DNA of 64,000 bases from Candidatus Nanohalarchaeota archaeon (GTDB lineage: Archaea; Nanohalarchaeota; Nanosalinia; Nanosalinales; Nanosalinaceae), in NCBI GenBank assembly GCA_022729235.1, contig JALDAJ010000001.1:704001-768000 (forward strand). Reading direction: 5' to 3'. The position numbers and the translations under genes were made by a program. Positions 37,564-48,158 of this stretch are shown in pieces (position 1 is the stretch's first letter; each line of letters starts with the position of its first letter). Below the pieces are notes generated by a model. It was given only the letters and a program-made list of their open reading frames with translations, searched no databases and was not told the origin of the DNA.

Positions 37564-37974
37564 TTATTTCTCCTTGATTATGTGTTTCCGCGCTAGTTTT
37601 ATGATTTCTTCTGCTCTTTCTTTTTGGGTTGTTTCGCCTCTGTATCTTATATCGTTCCTAAGTTTTCTGAATTGGTTTATTTTGTTAGCTTCTGCTTCTG
37701 TCAGTATGTTGTTTTCTTTTGCGTATGCGATTATTGCTTCGTGGTTGTATGGTTTGTAGCCTTGCTCTGCCATGAACGATTGTAGGCGCTGTCTCAGGGC
37801 TTCGTAGGCGTCTTCAAACTTGAATGTTGCGTTTTCTTCTGTTAGTTCTGACTTTCCTATCTGTTGTTTGAACCGGTTTTCGGCCTGTTTCTTCAGTGAT
37901 TTTGCCTCTGATTTTGATGACGATCCGGTTCTTACCTTTCCTTCTTTTAGGTATTCTTCGAAGCTTTTCATCAT
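37564..37974 (-). CDS. HEPN-domain protein
   Basis: AYEAL..GYKPYNHEA..RKLRNDIRY; overlaps the MNT gene. Confidence 0.78.
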   Translation of the reverse strand: MMKSFEEYLKEGKVRTGSSSKSEAKSLKKQAENRFKQQIGKSELTEENATFKFEDAYEALRQRLQSFMAEQGYKPYNHEAIIAYAKENNILTEAEANKINQFRKLRNDIRYRGETTQKERAEEIIKLARKHIIKEK

Positions 37975-38492
37975 TCCATTTCCAGATAGCCATACAGTGT
38001 TATTCCATTGGCAAGTGTTTCGAGCATGTTCCTTGGTATTTCTTCTTTTTTGAACTCTGTTACTGATACTTCTCTATCCATTATCTCCTCTTCTGTGTCT
38101 GCAGTTTCTGTGGTTATGACTGCTATGTCTATATCGCTATCCTCCACATCCTCTCCCTTTGCGAAGCTCCCGAAAAGCACAATTGCTTCAGGATATGAGT
38201 ATTTTTCTACTATTTGATCTATTAAAGAGCTTTGATAAAGTTTTTCCAGATTTATAACTTGTTTTAGTCTTAAAGCGTCTATATTATCTCTTTTAAAGGT
38301 TGTTAGTCTCTGATTTCCTCTCTTTCTTGTCTTGACTATGCCTTCTTCTTCGAACTTCCTGATTTTCTCCGAGATCCAGGGCTTTGACAGTCCGGTCTCT
38401 CTTGCGACCTCAGATATACTGAATTCTGTAGTTGGATGAGTACAGAAGAATTTCAGCAGCTCGGTTTCAGCATCGTTAATTAAACTTAACAT
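37971..38492 (-). CDS. HTH-fused minimal nucleotidyltransferase (MNT antitoxin-like)
   Basis: N-terminal wHTH; LFGSFAKGEDVEDSDIDI. Confidence 0.88.
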   Translation of the reverse strand: MLSLINDAETELLKFFCTHPTTEFSISEVARETGLSKPWISEKIRKFEEEGIVKTRKRGNQRLTTFKRDNIDALRLKQVINLEKLYQSSLIDQIVEKYSYPEAIVLFGSFAKGEDVEDSDIDIAVITTETADTEEEIMDREVSVTEFKKEEIPRNMLETLANGITLYGYLEME

Positions 38493-38662
38493 ATGTTAAC
38501 TAATATTAATGAATGTTAATAAAAGTTTAGACGTGGATGGTAGAGAGGAGCATTTGTGAATTCAGATAATTATACTGGCTTTTCCTCTAGAACGCTTTTG
38601 GTTGTATCTCAGGATCTGTCAGCCAACATCTTTGTCTTAAGAAAAGAAAGGATGTAAAAAAC

Positions 38663-39232
38663 TTACTCGAGAGCCCCGATTTCCTGGAGGTTCTCTTTCA
38701 GTCTTGAGATTCCTTCCTGTACGTCGTCGTAGGTTCTGCCTCCTGTGCAGACTATGCGTCCTGAGGAGAACAGCAGGAACACTACTTTAGGATCGTCGAG
38801 CCTGTATACGAGTCCTGGGAACTGTTCCGGTTCGTACTCTGTACCGACGAGTTCGAAAGCTATCCTGTTCAGGTTAAGAGTCTGCCCTAGTTCCGACGAA
38901 GCTACCATGTTCTGGACAGTTATGTCCGGCTTGGTCTCGATATCTACTTCTGCTTCCCGCAGTTCGTCGATGATCTTGTGTACTGCGTCCTTTGCCATCT
39001 CCGGGCTCTGTGTTCCGGTACAGACGACCTTTCCGGAGCCGAAAATCAGTGCTGCGGCTTTCGGTTCTTTCAGTCTGTATACGAGTCCTGGGAACTGCTC
39101 TGGTTCGTATTCTGTGTTTTCGAGGTAGATTGCGATTCTGTCGAGAGGCATCCTCCGGTCGAGTGTTGTGGAGGCAACGACGTTCTCAATTTTGATGTTT
39201 TCATCTTTTTTGATCTCGTGTTCTTGGGCCAT
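38663..39232 (-). CDS. tbp: TATA-binding protein
   Basis: Two YEPEQFPGLVYRL repeats. Confidence 0.98.
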   Translation of the reverse strand: MAQEHEIKKDENIKIENVVASTTLDRRMPLDRIAIYLENTEYEPEQFPGLVYRLKEPKAAALIFGSGKVVCTGTQSPEMAKDAVHKIIDELREAEVDIETKPDITVQNMVASSELGQTLNLNRIAFELVGTEYEPEQFPGLVYRLDDPKVVFLLFSSGRIVCTGGRTYDDVQEGISRLKENLQEIGALE

Positions 39233-39441
39233 TGATAATCACCTGGGAATCCGGGAGAAAGACTTCCCGCTTTTATATAGTTTATAACCTGTTTAAAAAG
39301 GAACTCTTTTAAAAAGGAGGGTGTTTTCAGAATACGGGTTACTTCAAAACGTTTTATGCAGGAAGACCTATTCGTTTGATTTACTAGCGTTCTAAGACGT
39401 GAAAGGTTTGTTTCAAAAGCGTGGAGTGACACTTTGAATCT

Positions 39442-39663
39442 ATGGAGACATATCAAAGACAGCTGGTACTTCTTATAGGGTTCATGTCGCTGTTGGCGGC
39501 GGTAGTGCTTTTTCTGTTCGTCTATGCGCCTGAACCTCTTGATGTTCCATCGGTCAGTGTTGCCCTGCCCGAACCTGTTTATGAAGGGTTAAATGCGAGT
39601 CTAGAGGGGTGGAGGTCGCTCATGTCTGATGTTGGAACGGGTGTCAACGCTACTACTTCCTGA
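39442..39663 (+). CDS. Small membrane-anchored protein
   Basis: N-terminal TM helix. Confidence 0.55.
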   Translation: METYQRQLVLLIGFMSLLAAVVLFLFVYAPEPLDVPSVSVALPEPVYEGLNASLEGWRSLMSDVGTGVNATTS

Positions 39664-39665
39664 TT

Positions 39666-39995
39666 TTACTCTTCAAGAGACGTGATAGTGCCCGAGACCT
39701 TTTTTACCTCAAGAAAGCCTTTTTCTCCTCCTAACTCATTAATCAGCGCCAGGGCTGCCCGGAGGTCGCTTTCCCGGGCGGTGTTAACTCTCATTACTCC
39801 TTTCTGGGTATCTTCATCGAACTTGTTTCCGATTATCCAGAAATCTGCCTCACTGCATCCTTTTGAACCGAGGAAACCGAGTGCTGAATCCCAGACAGCG
39901 TTTACTACGTCGCCGAGTTCTACCGGTGTCTCCGAGTGTATTTTGAAGCATAGGTAACGCTGTTTTTCCCTGAGAGAGGGAGGTAACCTATTCAT
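39666..39995 (-). CDS. rnp2: RNase P protein Pop5
   Basis: LPPSLREKQRY, VSGTI. Confidence 0.92.
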   Translation of the reverse strand: MNRLPPSLREKQRYLCFKIHSETPVELGDVVNAVWDSALGFLGSKGCSEADFWIIGNKFDEDTQKGVMRVNTARESDLRAALALINELGGEKGFLEVKKVSGTITSLEE

Positions 39996-40609
39996 CCTTC
40001 TTCAACCTCCACGCCTGGTCGGACGACGCCACCGTCCTTAGCTTTCTTGGCTCGCTCCAGTATGTTTTTTGGGTGTTTGGAGACTGCTTTGCTGCCTTTG
40101 TGTCCGAGAGAGTCGATAATCGATTTCAGGTCGCGTGGCGCCCTCAGCTCGTACCTGTCGCTGGCTCCAGTTGTTATTACGTAGGGCGTACCGTACTTTT
40201 CGCACAGCTTCAGGTTGCGGCGCCAGTGTTTCAGGATATGTGATTTTTGCTTGCTCCCTGTCACTAACTGCTGGAGGTCGAAACCTATCGCAACCTTGTT
40301 TTCAGCAGCTTCCTCCGCGACTACATGGTCGATTCCTGAATCTTTTCTTCCATGTTCCGGGTGCAGGAGAATATCTACTCTTGTATCTGAGACAGCCTTC
40401 CTGTTAAGTTCTTCATCCCCGCCCTTGAATACCAGGACGTCAGCGTCTTCGCGCTTGTCGCCTATCTTCCGCTTCAACTCGCCCCAGTCATCTGCCTCCA
40501 GGAAAACGGTTGTGAACTCGCAGTTAGTCTTGCTCCATCCCAGTTCTTCCGCGAACTCCTTCATCTTGTCAGAAGTGTTGCGGAGACAGAGGTCGTAGAA
40601 GTTGGTCAT
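39992..40609 (-). CDS. rnp3: RNase P protein Rpp30
   Basis: NRKAV..VDIL, IDHV, ELRAPRDL. Confidence 0.9.
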   Translation of the reverse strand: MTNFYDLCLRNTSDKMKEFAEELGWSKTNCEFTTVFLEADDWGELKRKIGDKREDADVLVFKGGDEELNRKAVSDTRVDILLHPEHGRKDSGIDHVVAEEAAENKVAIGFDLQQLVTGSKQKSHILKHWRRNLKLCEKYGTPYVITTGASDRYELRAPRDLKSIIDSLGHKGSKAVSKHPKNILERAKKAKDGGVVRPGVEVEEG

Positions 40610-40653
40610 GGGAAAATATTGTATTAAATAGTTAAGAATCGGAGGGAAAGATT

Positions 40654-41229
40654 CTACTTCCCGCGTCCTTCGTTAGATGCCTGGCTTGGTCTTACCTTTT
40701 CGGCGCCCTTACCTTTGTTCCCTAGTCCGCGGCTTTCCTTCGAGGCAGGAGTCTTGCCCCGCTCAACGCGGTCGCGCTGTTCACAGATCCAGTTCACGTC
40801 ATCGTCGCTTTCGATCTGCGGGTGATCGGGGTCGACCATGATAATTTCGTACCATTTGTAGTTACCGTCTTCTGCAACCCAGTAAGAGTTGAGCACTTCC
40901 AGGTTGTCGTACCTGTCAGATGCACGCTGCTCCGCGATGACACGTTTCGACTTCTTCGGTGAGAAACGGGTCTGTCCTGTCCTCTTAGGTCTCCTGCCTG
41001 CGGTCAGTCTTTCTCTCTTGCTGTGTCCCTTGGTAACTCTTGAACGTACTACTGTGAATCCTTCCTTTGCTTTGTACCCGAGCTGTCGCGCCTTCGGGAT
41101 GCGAGTTGGATTATCGACTTTTACTATTGCATCCTGGTCTCTCCATTCCACGAGACGTTCCTGCCAGAGTTCGTCTAGGTTCTCCTTCGGTTGCTCGTAC
41201 TGTTCACGGGCGTATTTGTAGTAGCTCAT
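40654..41229 (-). CDS. rpl15e: 50S ribosomal protein L15e
   Basis: ARQLGYKAK, LEVLNSYWVAEDG.YKWYE. Confidence 0.97.
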   Translation of the reverse strand: MSYYKYAREQYEQPKENLDELWQERLVEWRDQDAIVKVDNPTRIPKARQLGYKAKEGFTVVRSRVTKGHSKRERLTAGRRPKRTGQTRFSPKKSKRVIAEQRASDRYDNLEVLNSYWVAEDGNYKWYEIIMVDPDHPQIESDDDVNWICEQRDRVERGKTPASKESRGLGNKGKGAEKVRPSQASNEGRGK

Positions 41230-41350
41230 ACCTTGGAAAGAGTAGGAAAATATTATAAACCTCTTGCCAAGTGTTGTGATTTGGAGATTCTAGCCTAGCT
41301 GACGGCGAAACCTATAAAACACATGTATGTTATCATTCTCGTGTGATACT

Positions 41351-41695
41351 ATGCATCCGGCATTAAAGATTCTGATCGGAGCGCTGATGGTGGTCGTAGG
41401 AGTTTACTCCTCAGTCACTTTCTGGGACGAACTCCTGATTGCGTTTAAGGCAGGGATCGGTCCACTGCTAGTTCTCATCGGCGCATTCATCGTATGGCTT
41501 GAAAGCGATGAGTGGAAGATGAGGCGTGAGCAGAGAGATACAGGGATTCAGCAGAGATTTGAGACAGAGACTGAAGAGGAGGCTGACGAAGAAGCTGTTG
41601 AGGAAGAAGAGGAAGGCTTCACCTGCGGAGAATGTGGAAAGACTTTCGACACACAGAGAGGGCGCAGCATCCACCAGGCGCAGAAGCACGAGTAA
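41351..41695 (+). CDS. Membrane protein with C-terminal C2H2 zinc finger
   Basis: Two TM helices; CGECGKTFDTQRGRSIHQAQKH. Confidence 0.8.
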   Translation: MHPALKILIGALMVVVGVYSSVTFWDELLIAFKAGIGPLLVLIGAFIVWLESDEWKMRREQRDTGIQQRFETETEEEADEEAVEEEEEGFTCGECGKTFDTQRGRSIHQAQKHE

Positions 41696-41757
41696 GAAGC
41701 CGCGGAAAGCGGTCTACTTCATTTCTTATCTTTATTCCGTCGAGTGTAATGATATGG

Positions 41758-43425
41758 TTACTGCTGCTTGTAAAGGTTCTCGACTTTCTCTACTGAGTCG
41801 GCTTCTTCTTTGTCTTCACGGAACTGTTTCATTCTTGGGAAGCGGAGGGCGTATCCTGAGGTATAGGTGGGTGATTCCTGTATCTCCTCGTACTCGACCT
41901 CTACTATAACTTCGGGCTGGACTTCTATGTCGCGGCCCTCTTCCTTTACGATTAGCGGCTCCAGTTTTTCGGTTATCTCTTCGAGCTGTTCATCAGTCAG
42001 TCCGGTAGCCATCTTTCCAACTTCCTTGTACCTGTCTGTTTCCGGGTCGTAGGTTCCAAGTTTCAGGCTTCCTATCCATCCTGAGCGCCGACCTTCTCCC
42101 CATTCCCCGCCTATTATCGCGAGGTCAAGTGTCTCCATCACAGGTTTCAGCTTGACCATGTATCCTACGCGGGAACCGGGTTTGTACTTTGCTTCCAGCG
42201 CTTTCATTATGATGCCTTCTTGCCCGTCCGCAAGGGCGCGTTGCTGCATCTCCTGCGCAACCTCCGCCTCTCCGGTCTCTATGTGGTCAACCAGTCTCAG
42301 TTCTCGCTCCTTTTCATCCACGATTTCTTCAAGTTTCTCCCAGCGATCTCTGTACTTCTCTTCTATCATTGATTCTCCGAGGTATATCAGGTCGAAAGGC
42401 CTGACTTCTACGGGTATCTGTTTCTTCAGTTTCTGGATGTCGTACTTTCTCTTGATGCGTTTGGACAGCTGCTGGAACGGTATCATCGAGTGGTCGTCAG
42501 GGTCGTAAGCCACTATCTCGGTGTCTATTATGGCTTCTTCCGCGCTGAGGTTCTGCTTAACTGCTTTCGCGACATCCGGGAACTGCTTTGTGACATCTTC
42601 GAGTCGACGGGTGAACACCTTAACCTCGCCGTCTTTCACGTGTACCTGGGCACGCATCCCGTCGTACTTGTAATCTATGGCTGCGGGTCTACCGACTGTT
42701 TCGAACCCTTCTTCGATTGTATCGACCTTCCTGGCGAGCATCGAATTGACTGGCTGGAGTATTTCCATGTCGAGAGATCTTACCTCTTCTATACTCTCTC
42801 TGCACGCTTCCGCTACCTGCGTGAAATCGTTTGTGAAATTGTACGCGCGCTGGATGTCTTCGGCGTGTTCTCCGTTGAAGAACGCCTCGGACAGCGCATC
42901 TCTTACTATACCCTCTCCGACACCTAGTCTCATGTTCTGGAGGAACGTCCTCGTGACGTACCGTGCTTCTTCCGGTTCCGCGGAGGAGATCATGTCCGCA
43001 ACTTCTTTTCTCTTGGTGTCCATACTGACTGATTCTCCGTCACCCTCTCCCATCAGGGCGACTTTCTCCAGTTTGTCCATTATCATTTCCGCGGTCAGTT
43101 TCTTTTCCATGAGTCTTTGCTGGGTCTTCTCCTCGACCATCTCTTCCGCTACCTCTCCAAGATCTCCTTTTTCTCTCCAGAGATCTTCGACCTCACTTCC
43201 ACTTATACCTGTCGCCTCCGAGATGATGTCTACCATCGTCTTACTTGAGATGCCGAGGTCGAGGTCTTTCCATGAAGGGAATGGTCGCCCCATTGATAGA
43301 AGTACTACCTGCGGGAGATCATCTTCTGCTTCCTTGAAAAGTCCTGCCAGTATGGATGTTTTCTCCAGTGTTGACTGTGTTGACTCCAGTTCTTGATAGG
43401 TCTCTACGAGTCGGGAGTATTCCAT
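41758..43425 (-). CDS. lig: ATP-dependent DNA ligase
   Basis: KYDGMRAQVH, EGIIMK, ALRFPR. Confidence 0.97.
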   Translation of the reverse strand: MEYSRLVETYQELESTQSTLEKTSILAGLFKEAEDDLPQVVLLSMGRPFPSWKDLDLGISSKTMVDIISEATGISGSEVEDLWREKGDLGEVAEEMVEEKTQQRLMEKKLTAEMIMDKLEKVALMGEGDGESVSMDTKRKEVADMISSAEPEEARYVTRTFLQNMRLGVGEGIVRDALSEAFFNGEHAEDIQRAYNFTNDFTQVAEACRESIEEVRSLDMEILQPVNSMLARKVDTIEEGFETVGRPAAIDYKYDGMRAQVHVKDGEVKVFTRRLEDVTKQFPDVAKAVKQNLSAEEAIIDTEIVAYDPDDHSMIPFQQLSKRIKRKYDIQKLKKQIPVEVRPFDLIYLGESMIEEKYRDRWEKLEEIVDEKERELRLVDHIETGEAEVAQEMQQRALADGQEGIIMKALEAKYKPGSRVGYMVKLKPVMETLDLAIIGGEWGEGRRSGWIGSLKLGTYDPETDRYKEVGKMATGLTDEQLEEITEKLEPLIVKEEGRDIEVQPEVIVEVEYEEIQESPTYTSGYALRFPRMKQFREDKEEADSVEKVENLYKQQ

Positions 43426-43482
43426 ATTACATAGATTTTTCCTGAAAGGTTTAAAATTGGCTTTTAACCAGTTTAAATAGAG

Positions 43483-44124
43483 ATGTCCGCTTTCGAAGAT
43501 ATACGGGAACTACCTTCATTCCGCAGGGCGAGAGAAGAGGTTATACCGCGCGAAGTGATGGGAAAGATACTCGAGGCGGGTAGACACGCTCCTTCTCCTG
43601 GAAACGTACAGAGCCTGGAGTTCATAGTAGTTGAGGATGACACCAAGAAAGAGAAGCTCTACCGCGCTACGGATGACGAGAGGGTGGAGCAGGCTCCTAC
43701 AGCGGTTATAGTAGTTTCCGATATTGAGAGGCTGGGACGGCGACTGGGTGAGGGTGCCGAGAGACAGGCTTACTCTGAGTCAGCAACTGCTGTCCAGAAT
43801 ATGAGAGTGGTCGCTGCAGAGGAGGAGGTGGCTTCTGTGTGGATAGGAGGTTTTGATGAAAACGTGGTTAATGAACAGTTCTCTGTTCCGAACGGCAAGA
43901 AGTCGTTATCAATCGTTTTATTTGCCTATACTGACGATCCTGTTTACGTGGAACAGAGGTTTGGTATGAATGAGGTTTGCTTCTATGATGAGTATAGCAA
44001 CCAGATAAACAGTTTCTGGGATGAGCCCGGCTGGCGGGGTGTTAGGGAGGAGTCTCGTATCCAGAAGAAAAGAGCCCGGAGCGTCATGGGTTTATTCAGG
44101 AGGAAACTGAAACAGCTTTTATAA
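43483..44124 (+). CDS. Nitroreductase family protein
   Basis: ILEAGRHAPSPGNVQ, AVQNM, SVWIGGFD. Confidence 0.85.
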   Translation: MSAFEDIRELPSFRRAREEVIPREVMGKILEAGRHAPSPGNVQSLEFIVVEDDTKKEKLYRATDDERVEQAPTAVIVVSDIERLGRRLGEGAERQAYSESATAVQNMRVVAAEEEVASVWIGGFDENVVNEQFSVPNGKKSLSIVLFAYTDDPVYVEQRFGMNEVCFYDEYSNQINSFWDEPGWRGVREESRIQKKRARSVMGLFRRKLKQLL

Positions 44125-44242
44125 ATATCAGGGGATAATGATTGTTTACCGGGCGATGATAAAAATTTCCTAGAGGTGTAGAAAAGCTCTGGAAAAAGGT
44201 TTATAACTGCCCGGACGATACAAATTCATAGAGTGGTTGCAA

Positions 44243-45061
44243 ATGGTAGCTAGCCAAGAAACACTGGATAAACTCGAGGACATCGGACTAAACATGTATG
44301 AAAGGAAAATTTACGCTGCTCTACTGGGCAGAGGTACTTCTACTGCCGGTGAACTGTCCGAAATGACTAATGTTCCTCGCTCCCGGGCTTACGATGTCCT
44401 GGAATCTCTGGCTGAAAAAGGATTTTCTGTAATAAAGTCTTCTCAACCGATGGAGTACGTTGCAATCCCGCCTGAACAGGCTATCGAGAATATTAAGAAA
44501 CAGCACCAGAAAGATCTCCAGGAGAAACTTGATAGACTTGAATCGTTCAAGGATTCTGAAGCTGTAGGCGAGCTTGAAGGTCTCTACGACCAAGGCGTTG
44601 AACTGGTCGATCCTGCAGAGATGTCAGGGTCACTGCAGGGACGCCACCAGATCCACCAGCACATGGGTACGATGTTCCAGCAGGCACAGAAGAGTATTAA
44701 GGTAGCTACCTCGGAACAGGGGCTAAATGATATCTACGAGAATCACTCTGACCTTCTTGAGGAAGCTAGAGAACAGGGAGTTAACGTGAGGATTCTAGCT
44801 CCGGTAACTGATAACAACCGTAACGCATACGAGAACCTCAGCAATGTAGCCGAGGTCAGACACCTGGACGAAGGAAACGAGTTCGACATGCCTAATGGGC
44901 GTTTCGCGATAGTTGATAACGACGGTCTAACGGTTTCCATGACTGGTGAAGATGTTCACTCGACCCAGGACACGGCGTTCTGGACGAGGAGCGATCACCT
45001 CGCCGAGTCGACTATGGAGCCTGTCTTTGACATGCTCTGGCATCACTCTGAGGAGCCTTAA
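44243..45061 (+). CDS. TrmB-family transcriptional regulator
   Basis: GLNMYE..Y, VPRSRAYDVLESLAEKG. Confidence 0.92.
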   Translation: MVASQETLDKLEDIGLNMYERKIYAALLGRGTSTAGELSEMTNVPRSRAYDVLESLAEKGFSVIKSSQPMEYVAIPPEQAIENIKKQHQKDLQEKLDRLESFKDSEAVGELEGLYDQGVELVDPAEMSGSLQGRHQIHQHMGTMFQQAQKSIKVATSEQGLNDIYENHSDLLEEAREQGVNVRILAPVTDNNRNAYENLSNVAEVRHLDEGNEFDMPNGRFAIVDNDGLTVSMTGEDVHSTQDTAFWTRSDHLAESTMEPVFDMLWHHSEEP

Positions 45062-45108
45062 GACGACCTACTCTTTTTGATACCTTGCTTATTTCAGGTA
45101 TTCTTCGA

Positions 45109-45987
45109 TTACAGGACTGACCTGAGAGGTGCGTTTATTGAGTTAATGTTTAGAATGTCGGGGAGAGATACGCTGGGGAAGAAGAGTTCCAGTAGACCAA
45201 ACTCCGGTCTGTCCTCTACCCTGAAGACCCTGAGTTCCTTGTCAGTCATGTTCTCGGCAACTTTTACAGATGTCTCGCGACCACCGAGCTCGTCGACAAG
45301 TCCCAGCTCCTCTGCTTCTTCACCGAGGAATATCCGTCCTGTGGTAGCTTCTTCAAGCTCTTCGTCTGTAAGATTGCGGTTATCATCGACCAGTTCGATA
45401 AAATCTTCGTGAACCGTGTCAGTCATCTGTTGCAGTATCTCAAGCTCCTCTTCAGTTGCCTCGTCGAAAGGCGAACCGAGTTCTTTGTACTCTCCCGAGG
45501 TGATGTTCACGTACTCTATTCCCAGTTCATCCATAAGTTCCGAGAACTCGGGATAAGATGCAGTAACTCCTATACTACCGGTCACAGAAACTTCATCCAC
45601 CACTATCTGATCACATCCCAGGGAAGCCAGGTAAGCTCCTGAGGCACCTACATCTCTGACCCGGCAAACGGTAGGTACATCGGCTGCATCTATAGCTCTC
45701 ATGACTTCTTTCGAGGCGACTACTGCTCCTCCGCCAGAATTGATTTCGTAGATTATGGCGTCTGCACCTTCATTTTTTGCCTGTCCTGTGAGAGACCTGA
45801 CCTGTTCTGGTGTTATGTCTCCCGAGGTGAAAGACTGAGATGATGGAACTATGTTACCGGAGAGATCGATTACCGCGGCATCGCCTCTTTCATCGAATAA
45901 ATCTGTCCAGAAAGCTGACCCGGATACGCTCATTAAAACAAATAGTGCTGTAACAAAAAGAGTCTTTGTCTTGAGTTGCATACACAT
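45109..45987 (-). CDS. sppA: Signal peptide peptidase SppA (S49)
   Basis: INSGGG, ASGAY, TGSIGV, SGEYK, GLVDELG. Confidence 0.92.
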   Translation of the reverse strand: MCMQLKTKTLFVTALFVLMSVSGSAFWTDLFDERGDAAVIDLSGNIVPSSQSFTSGDITPEQVRSLTGQAKNEGADAIIYEINSGGGAVVASKEVMRAIDAADVPTVCRVRDVGASGAYLASLGCDQIVVDEVSVTGSIGVTASYPEFSELMDELGIEYVNITSGEYKELGSPFDEATEEELEILQQMTDTVHEDFIELVDDNRNLTDEELEEATTGRIFLGEEAEELGLVDELGGRETSVKVAENMTDKELRVFRVEDRPEFGLLELFFPSVSLPDILNINSINAPLRSVL

Positions 45988-46142
45988 TGCACTGAATTTG
46001 TTTCTTTTTAACTTTTCATATATCGAGATTATGGTATCGCTAGAGGAGGAGATTATTGCCGGCTACTTGAAATCACCGGAAGGTTTGATGTATACGCTGC
46101 TTATTTAACTTTAATCAGGGTCAAGTCCAGTAGTTGACGAGT

Positions 46143-46469
46143 ATGGGCATTGAATACAACGAGCAAGATGCTGAGATCCTTGTAGAATCCTGTTCTCAGG
46201 TAGGAGAGGTTTTCCGTAGTTACGAGCTTAGAATGGCAATGACCGCGAAATCTCCTGATGGCGGTTATTCAACCGAAGAGGTCAATTATGCTTTGGAAAT
46301 GTTAGAAGACCGAGAGAGGGTAGATGTTGAGGGAGTCAAAAGAGATGCGCTTGGTAATCATACTTGGGTCAGAAATGAAGATCTGGACGAAGAACACGTG
46401 AAGGAGTTGCTAGTTGAACCTGAATCTGAGATAGAGGAAGGGGGTTCGTTTCTGGATGCTCTTGTTTGA
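46143..46469 (+). CDS. Hypothetical protein (wHTH-like)
   Basis: Acidic ORF. Confidence 0.55.
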   Translation: MGIEYNEQDAEILVESCSQVGEVFRSYELRMAMTAKSPDGGYSTEEVNYALEMLEDRERVDVEGVKRDALGNHTWVRNEDLDEEHVKELLVEPESEIEEGGSFLDALV

Positions 46470-46524
46470 TTCCGGATAGCTTGGCTGAAGGAGTTTTTAA
46501 CTTTTCATCTTGAGTATTGGACAT

Positions 46525-48099
46525 ATGACTCTCAAACAGCTTTCACGTGAAATAATAGAAGAAATCGAGTCCGGTGAGATTGAGTCCAAGGACGAGATAG
46601 AGTCCCGGAAGAAACGGTTGTGCAGCGAGCTTGAATTTGAAGGACTGCCGAAGAACTCTGACATACTGGAGTTCGTTGAGGATGAGGAAGAACGGGCACA
46701 GAAGTTGCTGAAGACAAAACCGATGCGAACAATCTCAGGTATCGCGAATATCGCTATCATGGCACGACCCGCTCCATGTGGGGGTGGGTGCATATACTGC
46801 CCGAAAGGAGAGAACGCCCCGCAGAGCTATACCGGTAAGGAGCCTGCCACGCGTAGAGCGATAAGAAACCAATACGACCCGTTTGATCAGGTGCATGACC
46901 GTCTGGGACAGTACGAGAAGAACGGTCACGCCATCGACAAGTCCAAACTGATTGTTATGGGCGGGACATTCCCGTTCCAGGACCCGGAGTACCAGGAAGA
47001 ATTCATGCTCGGCGCATGGAACGGTTTCAACACTTACACAGGAAACGAGGAGAAGGTTGACAACCTGGAAGACGCGGTGGAGATCAATGAGACTGCGGAT
47101 GTCCGGTGTGTCGGAGTTACTTTCGAGACCCGCCCTGATATCTGTGAGACCGCGCACATCGACCGTATCCTCGAGTTCGGCGGGACACGTACTGAGATGG
47201 GTGTCCAGACCGTCTTTGATGAGACACATGAACTGACAAACCGAGGTCACGGCATGGATAAAGTGATAGAAGCTACCCGCAGGTTAAAGAACGCGGGTTT
47301 CAAGGTTTGCTACCACCTGATGCTTGGTCTCCCCGGTGAGGACTACGAGGATGATATAAGGAAGTTCAAGGAGGTTTTCTCCAACCAGGACTACCAGCCG
47401 GACGAAGTCAAAATTTACCCGTGCGAGGTCATCCAGGGCACCGAGCTCTACAGGCGGTACGAGGAAGGCGACTTCGAACCCATCACCAGCGAGGAGGCCA
47501 AGGAGAGGTTGAAGGAGATACAGAAAGAAGTGATTCCTCCGCGCGTCCGAATCAAGAGGGTGATGCGTGATATACCTTCAACAGAAGTCGATGCAGGACC
47601 GCAGCTCACCAACATGCGCCAGATGGCTCTCCAGGAACTTGACAAGGAGGGAGAACGGTGCCGCTGTATAAGGTGCAGGGAGGCCGGTCACGTCCGGCAG
47701 AAACGCGGTGAAGAGCCGGAAGATGTGGAGTTCTTGGAACGCGTATACGATGCTTCAGGCGGTAAGGAGTTCTTCCTCAGCTACGAGGATGTGGACAAGG
47801 ATATTATCCTCGGCTTTCTCAGGGCGAGGGCGCCGCCGGAAAGCTTCCGGCCGGAAATTGACGACGATACCCTTATAGTCAGGCAGCTCAAGGTCCTCGG
47901 CTCCTCGACAGAGATCGGTGAAGAAGAGGGAGAGGTACAGCACCGCGGGTTCGGAAAGCGACTGATGGAGAAGGCCGAGGAGAAAGCCCGTGAACTCGGC
48001 CGTGACAGGGTCGCGGTGATCTCGGGAGTCGGCGTCCGAGAATACTATAGAAAGCTCGGCTACGAGAAAGAAGGAGTTTACATGGTTAAAGAGCTTTGA
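46525..48099 (+). CDS. elp3: tRNA U34 acetyltransferase Elp3 (radical SAM plus KAT)
   Basis: KPMRTISG, CGGGCIYC, QSYTGKEP, ETRPD, QHRGFG, GVREYYRKLGY. Confidence 0.96.
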   Translation: MTLKQLSREIIEEIESGEIESKDEIESRKKRLCSELEFEGLPKNSDILEFVEDEEERAQKLLKTKPMRTISGIANIAIMARPAPCGGGCIYCPKGENAPQSYTGKEPATRRAIRNQYDPFDQVHDRLGQYEKNGHAIDKSKLIVMGGTFPFQDPEYQEEFMLGAWNGFNTYTGNEEKVDNLEDAVEINETADVRCVGVTFETRPDICETAHIDRILEFGGTRTEMGVQTVFDETHELTNRGHGMDKVIEATRRLKNAGFKVCYHLMLGLPGEDYEDDIRKFKEVFSNQDYQPDEVKIYPCEVIQGTELYRRYEEGDFEPITSEEAKERLKEIQKEVIPPRVRIKRVMRDIPSTEVDAGPQLTNMRQMALQELDKEGERCRCIRCREAGHVRQKRGEEPEDVEFLERVYDASGGKEFFLSYEDVDKDIILGFLRARAPPESFRPEIDDDTLIVRQLKVLGSSTEIGEEEGEVQHRGFGKRLMEKAEEKARELGRDRVAVISGVGVREYYRKLGYEKEGVYMVKEL

Positions 48100-48158
48100 G
48101 TATCTTCTCTTGATTTAACGTAATTTTTATCAATTTTAGGCTTGGAATAGAGTTTATA

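Noticed and set aside
38780-39115. DNA repeat inside tbp
   Set aside because: Normal two-fold internal repeat of TBP.
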